A stretch of 64,000 nt of DNA from Antechinus flavipes (Eukaryota). The notes beneath the pieces are model-generated. The model ran no database searches. It was not told the DNA's origin and saw only the letters and a program-made list of their open reading frames with translations. Shown here in pieces: positions 1-11,000 of the stretch. Location of the stretch: positions 652,860,001 through 652,924,000 of the forward strand of contig NC_067398.1 of NCBI RefSeq assembly GCF_016432865.1, written 5' to 3'. Positions within the stretch are counted from its first letter, which is position 1, and the number at the start of each line of letters is the position of its first letter. The position numbers and the translations under genes were made by a program.

Positions 1-594
1 TAAACATTCAGGAGGAATACTATAACAATTCTAAAGGGCATATAACCTAATTGTCGATCCAAATTGAAGAAGAGGGATGAAATCTTTCCCTCACCTCCCC
101 ATTTTAAACTTTAAATAGAAAACAATACCCTCCCACTTTGGTTCTCCGATTTTGTTACTTAATGCCTCCAGGAGCACTAAGACTAGTTCAAAGTTATACA
201 GTTAGCAGTTTGTGTCAAAAACACCTAGTTGGGTAAAACAACATTTATGAATGACTCAAAAGGTAAAATGAAAAGGCGTGGCTGAGTTTTGATCTTACTG
301 CTGAAGGGAGTATCCACATGGATGAAACCAGGGATCCACTGAAGAATTGAAGGGAACTGTTACATGCTAACATACTTTGATATTTGGGGGAAATACGTTA
401 TTTGTCCCTTCCATTCTTCCTTCTGTGTAGATTCTCGTTCTTGTTTTCCCATAAATCCATCACACGGTACCTACCCAATGACACTCGGTAAAAGGGACGG
501 ATAAGGAATGTTGGCACTGAGGGTCGTAGGTCCGTGTTCAACATGTTGTCCTGCTGGAGGACATCTCGGGTTCTGTATCCAGAGCTCTTAAGCC

Positions 595-710
595 ATTTAT
601 TAAGGCGCATTTATTAAGTGCCTATTATATACCAGACACCACGTTAAGTGATGGGAATACAAAGAAAGGCAAGAGGCAGTTCCCCGACTCCAAGAGAGCT
701 CACGTTAGGA
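595..710 (-). mobile_element. L2 LINE 3' end fragment (old)
   Basis: Matches the typical L2 tail pattern (atttattaagtgcctattat...ccagacac...gggaatacaaag...ccccgactccaagagagctcac); boundaries approximate. Confidence 0.45.
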
Positions 711-1103
711 AGCATTTATTTATTAAGCACCTCCGAGGATGTTCTAGGCAGACTTTCTCGTGCTTTGCTAACTCTCCTTTAGGGTAAAGAGGGGGAGAGG
801 ACACTCGTGGTGTTGGATTTCCCACCTGGGCGCCGGGGGAAATAAAGTTTGGGAAAACTCATTACTCGTCCACCTTCCACCTCCGAGAGCAGTGGTGAAC
901 CCAGCCCGGAGCTCTGCTCCTACTCAATTCATTCCGGACTTCATCCCCACCGGCAGTCGCAGGACCAGAGACGTATAACTAGGCTCCTAGGCTCCGGACT
1001 TTCCCCCTCCCCCACCTCGGCCGGACCCTTTCCGACCTCCGCGCCCCACGTTCCCCCCTCCCCCACCCATTCCCTCCACGCAGCCCCTCCCCTTCTCCCG
1101 TAC

Positions 1104-1366
1104 CGGGCCTGCGCTTCGTCCAGGCTCTGATCGGTGATGGCCATGATCTGCTGCAGGATGTCGCCCGTGTCCTGGTGCGGGCCGGGTCCCGGAGCGGGTG
1201 GTGGGGCCCCCGGCGGTGGCGGGAGGCGGTGCGGGGCCGCGGGCTCCAGCTCCTCGGCGTCGGGTGGCGGCAGGGGCAGGGGCGGGATCCCGGAGAGCGC
1301 CCCCACGGGGTGCGTGGCTGCAGCCGCCGCCGCCGCCGCCGCCAGCAGCCGGGACGGGTCGTCCAT
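1104..1366 (-). CDS. PBX4: PBX4 (TALE homeobox) coding exon 1; the rest of the gene lies left of the window
   Basis: ORF MDDPSRLL(A)9...QDTGDILQQIMAITDQSLDEAQAR is the start of the PBC-A domain. IMAITD is the PBX4-type variant (PBX1/3 have IMTITD). Phase-2 donor CG|GTACGG at 1104/1103. Position next to LPAR2 agrees with recalled human synteny. Confidence 0.9.
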
Positions 1367-1640
1367 GGCCCGGAGGTGCTGAGGGAGGGGGCGCCCGCGG
1401 GGCCTCCGGCGGCGTAGTCGGGGACCAACAGCCCCGCGCCTCGCGACCGCCTCGCGCGCTCCGACAGGCCCCGCCGCGGGGGCGCGCGCATGGCCCCGCC
1501 CCCAGCCGGCCGCTTTCCGCCCCCGCGGCGCGCGCCAGCGCGAGTCCGCCCCCCGGCCACGCCCCTCGCCGCAGGGAGGCCGCTGGCTCCATTACCAGGG
1601 CAACAGCCTCCTGCCCCCGCCCTCCTCTAGGAGGGTCCAA
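1130..1640. promoter_or_regulatory. CpG island over PBX4 exon 1 and promoter
   Basis: Very GC- and CpG-rich, with GC boxes (ggccccgccc about 1492-1501, ccgccccc). Confidence 0.75.
1316..1342 (-). repeat. (GCG)6-GCT-GCA-GCC repeat encoding a 9-Ala tract in PBX4
   Basis: Read directly from the sequence. Confidence 0.95.
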
Positions 1641-3004
1641 GCCTCGGCTTCTGCGCTGCCCGCCCCACGTCCCACCCTCAGATATCCCTACCCGGCCCCT
1701 CACAGGCGAAACCACATTTTGAGGCTGGAGGAGGCTGAGCCCCAAATTGATCCTGGGATGGAGGAGGCTGAATCCTAATCTGAGGCAGGGTTGGGGGAAA
1801 TAAACTCCCAATCTGGGGCTAGACTAGAATTGGGGGCTGAGCCTCCAACTGACGCTGGGCTGGGGAAGGCTGAACTCGGTCCTAATGGGAGGCTCGGTTA
1901 AGGGATACTGAGCCCCCAACGTGTGCTAAACTAGAAGAGGCTGAGCCCCAAACCCAAGTTGGGATAGAGCTGGCTGTCCCTTGGGGCAAACTGAGGTTCC
2001 TTCCAGGGATGACTCCAGGGACTCAGAGGTGGCGCCATGGGAAGGGCTTGTTGGCTGTTCTACTGGGAAGGAGTCCCAGGGCTCTTGGAGGAGCTTATCA
2101 TTTCTGTCCCTAGAGAAGCATCCAGGAGAGTCTGGCCTCAAATGGCTGTGAAGCAAAGGACAGTGGGCTTGCATCCACTCCCCCTTCCCTACCTCCTCCC
2201 TAAGCACCCTCCCTTCTCAGACTATCACAGAGAGTGATTGCTCTTAAACAAAGCAAGATGGAGAATCTTTCTCTTTGCTGGGCTGAGTGCCCATCGCTGA
2301 GTGCTTTGAAGGGTCACACCCTTTGGAAACTGGAGGCCCCTGGTTTCCAAGGGGACCAATAAGATAAAAGGATATAACCCTTAATTGTGGATTAGGAGAC
2401 AGACCACCCACAGGAAAAGAAGGGAGATTGGATTGGGGGCAGGGCAGTCCCATATCTAATGAAGGGCCAGAAATACTTTCGTTTTGGTCAATTCAGGGAA
2501 GGCTTCAGTCAGTGGAGGAGGAGGGTAGGGAAAGCAGATTCCCAGCTCTGGTCTATGGGGAGGGGTTAGAAAAGAACAGGCAGAACTTCAATCACCTATT
2601 TTCCCCACAGAATCAGATCCAATCAGATTATGAATCCATGGTCCTTATTAATTAATCCTTTGATCTAGGCAGCACATCCACAGTGTCCAAACCAAGAATT
2701 GAAAGGAACCCTATCCCAGCCTTCAAGTGTTTGTAAAATTGTCACATAACAGCATCTCTCTTCTCCCCATGAGGTGGGGAGGAAGGGGAGGGCTTCAGAC
2801 AACTCTAGGATTACATCAAGGCAAGCAATGGGAAATACTGGCCCTGATCTTGAGTCTATAAGCCACAGTAGTCAGTTTCATCAAATTCGAAGGGGTTAAG
2901 TCTCAGCTTGCCTTAGAAGCAGTTTGCTATTCATTACCCCAGTTCACAGCAGTCATTTCTCATCACAGTCACAGTTATCCGTCCTGTCCCATTGGTGTAG
3001 ACAG

Positions 3005-4483
3005 CTAAAGGGAGGAATCAACCAAGGGGTGGCCGCTGTCAGGGAGACTGACCCTCATTCCAGGTTTTGGCCCATTTCGGGGCATGTGACGGGAAGAGCT
3101 CCTCAAGCAGCCACAGAGTAGGCGACGGAAGGTGCTGCGCATCTCAGCATCCCGGCACGAATACACAACAGGGTTGACCAGGGAGTTCGCCTCAGCCAAA
3201 AGCAGGAAGTACTTCTCCACAGCTAACACGTCGCATGACTCACAGCCCAGCCCATCTAGAAGCAATACCACTTGGCCAGGTGTCCAGCAGACCACAAATG
3301 CCCCTAGGGACAAAGAGCAGAGTAGTTAATGGTTGTCAGTGTGGGCTCAGTCAAGATGTTGCTCATTCTGAAGGATTTGGTCACTTGGGGTAGCTTGGTT
3401 ATTTATAGAGTACCAATCACTCGAGAGGGGTTTCATTGAAACCAGTCACTTTCAGGAGAAAGGGGAAATCAATCATAACTGCCACATGGTCAATCACTGT
3501 CAGAGAAGAAGGTAGGTCACTAGAAGTGTGAGGGGCAGTCCAACTCTTAAAGGAGGACATTGTCATAGTTAGCAGTGGCTCAATCAGAAGGGAGTTGGGA
3601 GGGTGACTCTAATGAGTTGGAGAGGGAAGATTACTTTTGGGGGGAAGGGCAGTCAGTGGTAAGTGGTGAGGGAGTGGATAAATGGGCCAGTCAGTGGGAG
3701 GGAGCTAGTTACTGAAAGGGAGGAGGTCCATGTCGTAGACAAAGTTCCCTCACCCAGAATAATGACCACTGTCTTGACTAGAGCAATTGTGGTCTCACGG
3801 TAGCGCGGGTGGAAGCCAGCGTGTTGTGACATGCGATTCATGCGCCTTCGAACATAGAGGAAGATGCGTGCATAGACAGCTGCCATAAGCAGGAAGGCCA
3901 GCAGGTTGCCAAGGGCCCAGGCAGTCAGGAAGGTGCGGCTGTAGAGCGGGGCCAGGCGGGCACAGTGGTCCAGGTTACACAAGCAGTTCCAGTAGGAGGG
4001 CAAAAGTGCCAGGCCCAGTGCAACTACCCAACTGCCAGCCATGAGCAACAGCACACGGCCCCGGGGTAAGAGGCTCAGTGGCTGCACTGCCATGACACTG
4101 CGGTGCCGCTCTACCGCAATGGCCAGTAGGTTGACAACAGAAGCACTGAGGCTAGCATCCAGCAGGCCCTGCCGCAAAAACCAGACCTTCACTGAGAGCT
4201 GGGCGGTGCGAGGACCTGTGTGCAGCATGAGGAACAGGTAGGCCAATCCTGCAAACAGATCGGCCGCAGCCAAGTTTCCTAGCAGATAATAAATGGGTAG
4301 GTGTAGCCGCCGGTTGGAAACGATGGCCACAATGACTAGCAGGTTAGTCAGCAGAACCACTACGCTGACTGTAAGCCCCAGGACCACCATTACCACATCC
4401 CTGGGCTGCCAGTGCAGACTCAGATGCTTTCCACTGTGGTTGTAGAAGAAGCTCACAGATTCATTATCATAACAGTGATCCAT
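3005..4483 (-). CDS. LPAR2: Lysophosphatidic acid receptor 2 (EDG4), 342 aa; coding exons 3754-4483 and 3005-3303
   Basis: 7TM GPCR MDHCYDNESVSFFYNHSGK...GNLAAAD...WFLRQGLLD...AVERH...CWTPGQ...NPVVY, ending in the PDZ-type motif DSSL. Acceptor CAG| before 4498; phase-1 intron 3304-3753 in TM6, as in EDG-family LPA receptors; spliced CDS 1029 nt, in frame. Confidence 0.95.
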
Positions 4484-4859
4484 GACTGCAGTCAAAGCCT
4501 GAGGACATAAGAAGCTAGTGGTCAGTAAAGACAGAGGGACGAGGGTCGTCACTGGGAGGACTAAGAGGCTTAAAGTGTGGAGACATGGGAGAGGCAGAGG
4601 TCAGTCGGTGAGATGACAGGAGACAGAGGGGTTGGCTATTGAAAGGAGAGAGATGAAGGGCAGTTAGGGTGATCAATGTCAGAGGGAGACCAGTCAATGA
4701 AAAAGTCTGAGGAAATAGCGGTTGACTCAGTGAAAATTCATGGAAGAGGCAGCAGTGGTCACGAGACACAGGATAGGAGGTTGGATAACCAGAGAAGGGA
4801 AAAATGAGTGGGAGACAAAGGTGAGGGACAGTAAGGGTAAGCAATTAAAGAAATCATGT

Positions 4860-5006
4860 GGTATTTAACATGTATTAGACTACCTGCCATCTAGGGGAAG
4901 AAATAGGGGTAAAGAGGGAAAAACAAAATTTTACAAGGGTCAATGTTGAAAAATCACCCGTGCATATGTTTTGTAAATAAAAGCTTTAATTAAAAAAAAA
5001 AAAAAA
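4860..5006 (+). mobile_element. L1 3'-terminal fragment with poly(A) tail
   Basis: Motif aacatgtattagactacctgccatctagggga...gttgaaaa...aataaaaagctttaattaaaaa(A)n; related copies at about 20900-21085, 46130-46420 and 63900-64000. Confidence 0.7.
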
Positions 5007-5272
5007 GAAATGATGTGGGAACACATAGAATGTGATAGTGTTTAAAAAGGAAAAGATCAGTTAGTGATCACTTCTATGAGAAAAGACCACTACCACTCAA
5101 GATCAGCTTAAGTACCTTTGCATTTAGAAGGCAACCAATCAAGTCCTGATTCAGTACTTACTATGTGCCAGGCACTGAAATCATTTCTGGGATTAAACAA
5201 AGGCAAAACAGTCCCAGTAGTCAACATAAATATATAATGAAGATAACACATAAAATAGGGCATATGCAAGTT

Positions 5273-5532
5273 GGAGGCAGTTAGTGGTTCAGTGGATAAG
5301 AGTCCTGGGCACACCAGAAGATCTGAGTTCAAATGAAGTCAGAAGATCTGGTTTCAGATACTTATTAGTTGTATGACACAGGCAAATCACGTAACCTGTT
5401 TGCCTTAATCCACTGGAGAAGGAAATAGCAAACCATTCTAGTATCTTTGCCAAGAAAACCCCCACAGACAGCACTGGTATGCTGCGGTTCACAAAGTCAC
5501 AAAGAATTGGGCACGACTGAATGACTAAACAA
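5273..5532 (+). mobile_element. MAR1-like CORE-SINE with RTE-derived tail
   Basis: tRNA-like head (ggaggcagttagtggttcagtggataag...gagttcaaat), core, then ccactggagaaggaaatagcaaaccattctagtatctttgccaagaaaacc...cacgactgaatgactaaacaa. Confidence 0.7.
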
Positions 5533-5539
5533 TATGTAA

Positions 5540-6345
5540 GTTAAACATAAGAGAACCTTAGAAGAGATGAGAGAAAGCATTCGACGCATGGGGGACATCA
5601 AGCACAAATACAGAGATAAGAAAAGGAGTTTGTGTAGGTTGACAAATAGGCTGAGATCCAGAGAGAAAGTGTGAAGATTGGAAAAGTAGGAAGGGGGCTA
5701 GGTTGTAAAGGGCCTTAATTGGGAAACAAAAGACTGGCGATACAAGGGAGCAGTTAAGAATTTTGAGTGTGTATGAGAGTGAAAATCACTCATATTTGTG
5801 TGAAACATGGATTGGAATGGGGAGAAACTTGAAGCAGAAAGACCAACCAATAGCACTGAGAGGTAATGAGGGCCTGCATCATGATGCTGCTGGCTGCAAG
5901 CAGGAGAGAAAAGGGGACATTTACAAGGGATTTAGTAAAAGAGGAAATGGTAGGATTTGGTGACAGAATGGATAATTAGAATGAGAGGATTCCAGAGTGA
6001 AATTAAGATTGGGAGTGTGACTTGGATGATAGAAAATTGAAAAGAGTAGGGGGTAGGGGTAGAGGTGGTGCTATTCTGGACATATTTGAGTTTGAGAATC
6101 CAATTAGATATATCAATAAAAAGTTGGCTGGATATAAGAACAAAGCTCAAAATAAAAACCAAGACTGGATATATTAAATTTAGGAAACATTTTCATAGAA
6201 CTGAACCCAGGAGAGCTAGTGAGATCATCAAAGGAAAGTGTATACAGAAAAAACAAAGCCCAAGGCAGAGCCAAAGAGTACACCTACAGCAAAGATTCAG
6301 CAAAAGAGAAGGAACAGTCATAAGGAGAATCTTGAGTAATGTCAT
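5540..6345 (-). mobile_element. Degenerate L2 LINE fragment
   Basis: Purine-rich old L2-like sequence (gggccttaattgg...gagtttgagaatcc...gagatcatcaaagga); approximate boundaries. Confidence 0.45.
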
Positions 6346-7089
6346 GAAAACTGAAAGAAGTTTCCAAAAGGAGGTGACTGGCCTCTGCTGGGAACAAGGA
6401 GATATGGAGAGGAGGCAAGCGGGAAGGGAGGGGCGGGGTGGGGGAGAGGGAAGCAGACATCTCCAGCTGCTGCCTTAGAATGAGGGAGATAATAGAAGCT
6501 CTCATACACATACACATAGAGAATGGGGGCCTCCCCAAAGACCCCCAGGAGCAATAAGCAGTTGGGCCTGAAACAACAGGAACCCCCTTCATCAAAAAAG
6601 GGCTGATGGCAGCTCTGGTACTGGGGGGAAGGGGGGGTCTATCTCTAGGCAAAAGTCTTGTTAGGCTAGGTTTTTTGCTACCCCCAAGATCCCGCGTCAC
6701 ACACAAAACACAAACACACACACACATACTGTCTCTCTCTCTCTCTCTCTGGTCAGCAGGCAGCTTTAGCCCCGTAACAATCAACGGCTTCACCCCCTTT
6801 CCCAACACTAAAAACTCCGTGGGCTCCCGTTCTCTCCTCTCCCATTTAGCACCTAGCAAACATCCCAAGCCTTTTCAGAAACTCAGCTCCCGCCTAACAG
6901 CCCCAAACGAGGTGCCCGCCTCCTAACCCCTAACTTTTCCCACACTCCTCCATTCCTCCATCCCCCTCCTCCAACTCTTCGCAGTCATCTGGACCTTCCT
7001 CCCACCAGCTCCATCGGCCAGGATGCCAAAGAGGGCCCCCCACCACCGCCCCTTCCCGTTCAAATCCAGCTTGCAAGGAAAGCTCCAAT

Positions 7090-7530
7090 TCCTAGGAGCA
7101 GAGTCCCGGCTCAGGACCGGGCGGCCTCGGCGCTCTCTCCCCAGACCCGCCCCTCACAAAGCCCTTCCGGCCCTCTCTCCCATCCCGGGCCCGCCACTGA
7201 GCCCCCTCCCCACCCAATCAAGTCGCCTACAACACTCTCTCTCGTCCCGGGCCCGTCGCGGGGCCCAATTCACCAAGCCCCCCACCCACAACCCCCCCAC
7301 CTCAGCTACTGGGCCCCCCCCCGGTCGCCCGGAACCCCCTCCACCCCAGAGCCAGAGACCTGAGACCACCTGGAGCCGGTTTCTCCGCGTGCGGCCCTAT
7401 GGGCGGGGCCAGGGCGAGCGGGCGGGACTGAAAGCAGGAGGCGGGTCCCAGAGATTTCTACAGAATCTCGGCCCTGCCCAACTTCTCGGGTCCTGGCCCT
7501 GGCCCGAGCCCGAGGCAAGTATGATTGCCT
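7090..7530 (-). promoter_or_regulatory. Putative LPAR2 promoter / non-coding first exon (CpG-rich)
   Basis: CpG-rich patch with GC boxes (gggcggggc about 7400, gggcggga about 7420) about 2.6 kb upstream of the first LPAR2 coding exon; exon limits could not be fixed. Confidence 0.55.
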
Positions 7531-7566
7531 ACCTGTGGAAGAGCTCCTAGACGGCCTCTTTTATAC

Positions 7567-7572
7567 TTTATT
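7567..7572 (-). terminator. Likely GMIP polyadenylation signal (AATAAA)
   Basis: tttatt on + strand, about 530 nt downstream of the GMIP stop codon. Confidence 0.6.
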
Positions 7573-8098
7573 TTTATGTAGAAAGGAAGCAGTTGGTGGG
7601 CAAGGTGCATTTCCTTTTTTTTTGTCTTTGTAACCGTAAGCAAGTTACTGTTACACTAAGAAACTTAAAAATGCTTGTTGAATTAAGGGTGGAGAAATTT
7701 GCTCCACAGCTTCCCTCTGAGGTAGGGCTGGGGTGGAGAGGGTGTTTCCTCTTAGTCTGGCACCTCAGGTGCCCCCTTCTCCCTTTGTCTTGCCTCACTT
7801 CACCACCCTCACCTCCCTCACCAGCCTCAGAGGGGCTCTGGACTTCATCCCTTGTCCAGGACTATTAGGGAAGGCAGTCTGTGCCTTCCTGGGTTCCTGA
7901 TTAGATGATCACCTCTGCCCCATATATAACCCAAGTCAGACAGCCAGAAACAAGGAAGGCAGGAAAATTTATTGACTGCTAGTGACAGCAATGGTCAGTG
8001 AGAGCAAGGAGAATATGGTCACTCCCTCTGCTCTGAGTGACCAGAAAATGACCTGTGTTGATCCTGAGGCTTCCAGGATGGAGGGAGGAAGGAATATG

Positions 8099-11000
8099 TC
8101 ATAAATGGTCCTCAACCTCTTCAAACTGGGGCTGGAGCTCAGGTTGGGATGGACATTGAGGCTGGAGCTCAGGCTGAGACTGGGATTGCGATTGGGACTG
8201 ATAAGGCAGGGGGTGAGATTGAGGCTCTGGCTCAGGGCAGCATTCTGGTATCTGGCTATCCGGGACCTCCTCTCTCTGGAGTTTAGAGAGAAGTCTGGCT
8301 GTTTCCTGGGTAATCTCAAAGTGCTTTGGCAGTTTGGCTCGGCGAAAGGGACTGCTTTCTGGGGAGGCGCTGGCCCAAGACCCCTGCCCCCGAAGGCTTC
8401 CATGTCGGTCCTTGATAGGAGTTTCTTCACAGAGTGTAGAGGCCACCAGGGCCAGACTGGACAACTGGTGAATGACTGGCCTGATGACCCCTGCCCGGGG
8501 ATATTTCACAGGCTGGCGACTAAAGTGGCCTCGGGACTGTGTACCTAGTGGAGTTTCCTCACGAACTTGATTGGAATCTACAGAGGAAAGGGGACTGATT
8601 AGTTCTAGGCTCCCTAAATCTTCTTCCAAAATTATCCCTATATACCCATTCCTCAGGGAATTATTCCCTGGAATATTTGTACCTTTAGGCCCCCACAATT
8701 ATCCCTAATTCTAATACCCTCAGTTCTATAGGCACCTAGTAGCTCAAGTAGATAGAGTCATGGATCTGGATCAGGAATTATTCAGTTATGTCAGACTGGA
8801 TTAGATTAGTGACTCTGTGAACCATACTACCCATGGGGTTTTCTTGGTAAAAATTCTGGAGTGGTTTGCCATCTCCTTCAGTGGATTAAGGCAAACAAGA
8901 ACATAAATGACATACCTAGAGTCACATGGCTAGTTAAATGTCTAAGGCTGGATTTGAATTCAGGTTTTCCTGAATTCGGGCCCCTGAGCATCTAACTGCC
9001 TCTGGAGTCAGGAATATAATATGTAAGAGATAACTGAAACTTACTACCTATTTTTTTTGTTTGTTTGCTTTTTCCTGAGACAGTTGGGGTTAAATGACTT
9101 GTCCAGAATCACACAGATAGGAAGTGTTAAGTGTCTGAGACCACATTTGAACTCAGATCCTCCTGACTCAGGGCTGGTGCTCTATCCAATGCGCCACCTA
9201 GCTGCCCCTACTTATTTATTTTGAAGAAGTCACTTAACCTCTCTCTGTATCAATCTCTTCATCTGCAAAATGGGGATATCTATCTCCCAGAGTTGTTATA
9301 AAAATAAAATCTCTCTCAAATGTTTTGCAAATTTATGTAAATGCTAGCTATTATTATTACTTGGCAATAATTAAATCCATCGAGGGCAACTATGCCAAAC
9401 CTCCCAGGGATGCTCAAGATATCAGTACTCTCAACCTTAGTTACCTCCCAAAGTAATCCCCAAATCTTTGACACAGAGCCAGATCCACCTAAGAATTCCA
9501 CGACTCAAAGTTCAAAATACTCCCAACCCTCTTTTAACTACTACACTCACCTTCTCCTCCCTCTTCTGAGGAGTTCCCAATGACCCACTCAACGAGGTCA
9601 CCTTTGGATGGTGATGTCTGTGAAGAGAAGCATCAGTGTGACCCAAGAGATCCCTATCTGATTACACCTCGAGACTGAATCCAGAATAGAACTACAGGGC
9701 AACCCAAACTGAAATTAGAGACCAAAGGTGCTGACCTGGTGAGTCAGAAGATTTAGCCCAAAACATAGATCCAGAGATTTTAGTCCCAAAAGTCAAACCT
9801 AAGAACAAAAGCATCTATACACTGGAACAGAAATAGAGAAATCCTGAGAGTTTTCCTGAGGGACTCATAGAGTCTTACCTTGGCCACAGACACACATGGA
9901 TGGATTCCTACTCAGTGAATCTGGCCCAGGACAGACTCCAACACACTGTTAGAATCAAGAGTATTCAGGACCTCTCACAAATCTCACTCTTTCCCTACTC
10001 CTTGGAAATCCTTTGGGAGTTTCTTGAAAAGCCAAATAATTTCTCCCCTTAGCAGAATTTATACAAAATCTTAACCATTTTTGGAGCAAATTGCACTGAT
10101 AATATAAAACAATCCTTCAGGTCTGTTGAAATTTGGGTAAATTCATGCTTTCATTATCCATCATATTTCTAGGAAATACCACTCCCCATTTCCTGTGCAA
10201 CTCTTTTTAGAAAGTCATTTCTTCTAATATTATATGATTCCCCTATCCTCTCTAACACTGCAGCCTCTATAGCCACTGTATAGACACAGTCACCACCCCT
10301 CACCCTGGACTGTTAGCATATTACTTTTCTTCCCTGTTACCCCACTGTTCCCGTTCCCCTCCCCCATTACCCTTAAACTGTTTCACCATTTCCCTTGACT
10401 CAACCCAGGCTCTCTGGCAGTGTACAGGACTTCCAGAGAAGTGTGGTAGAGGGGACTGGAGCCTGACTAGAAATGGACCCTACCTCATCAGATGATGCTT
10501 GGACCCCTGAAGCCTCAGTTTCCTCTTCAGCAGAGGTCTGTGTGACAGGCTCCAGAGTTCCAGAGTCAGATATTTCTGCAGTGGTCGGAGGGAGTTCTTC
10601 CATGCCAAAGACATGCTCATAGTGGACGATGAGGAACTCAATCATCTGGGCCTGGTATCCTGAATCCAGGAGGCAGGCCACTGGGCTGGTGCTGATTCCA
10701 CCCTGGTCTTTTGGTGGCCGCAGCAGTGTTGGCCCAAACACAATGCCCAAATTGTTGGCCGACATCTTATTTTCCTCAAACCTAGAGGCTACCCTGGAGG
10801 AAGACCCGAGTTCAGAGGTTGCTATCTAGCGACCTCTGCTTAGCCCCTGACCTTAGCACTAGACCCAAGCCTACCTGAACAGATGCGCCACTAGGTGCCG
10901 GAGAGTATTGTAGTTAGAGTCAGGCAACTCTCTCAAAAGAGTTCTCAGGGCACTGACAGCTTCAATCACAGGGTCAGTATTGGGGATGGAGTCAAGATTG

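Noticed and set aside
849-1811. Many overlapping 80-270 aa ORFs on both strands around PBX4 exon 1
   Set aside because: Expected in a CpG island with few stop codons; only the PBX4 frame has recognisable homology and a splice donor.
4484-4552. In-frame N-terminal extension of LPAR2 (MTTLVPLSLL...)
   Set aside because: Crosses a clear acceptor (TGTCCTCAG| at 4498); the upstream part is intronic.
8105-8548. 147-aa plus-strand ORF (LELRLGW...)
   Set aside because: Antisense shadow of the repetitive GMIP last exon.
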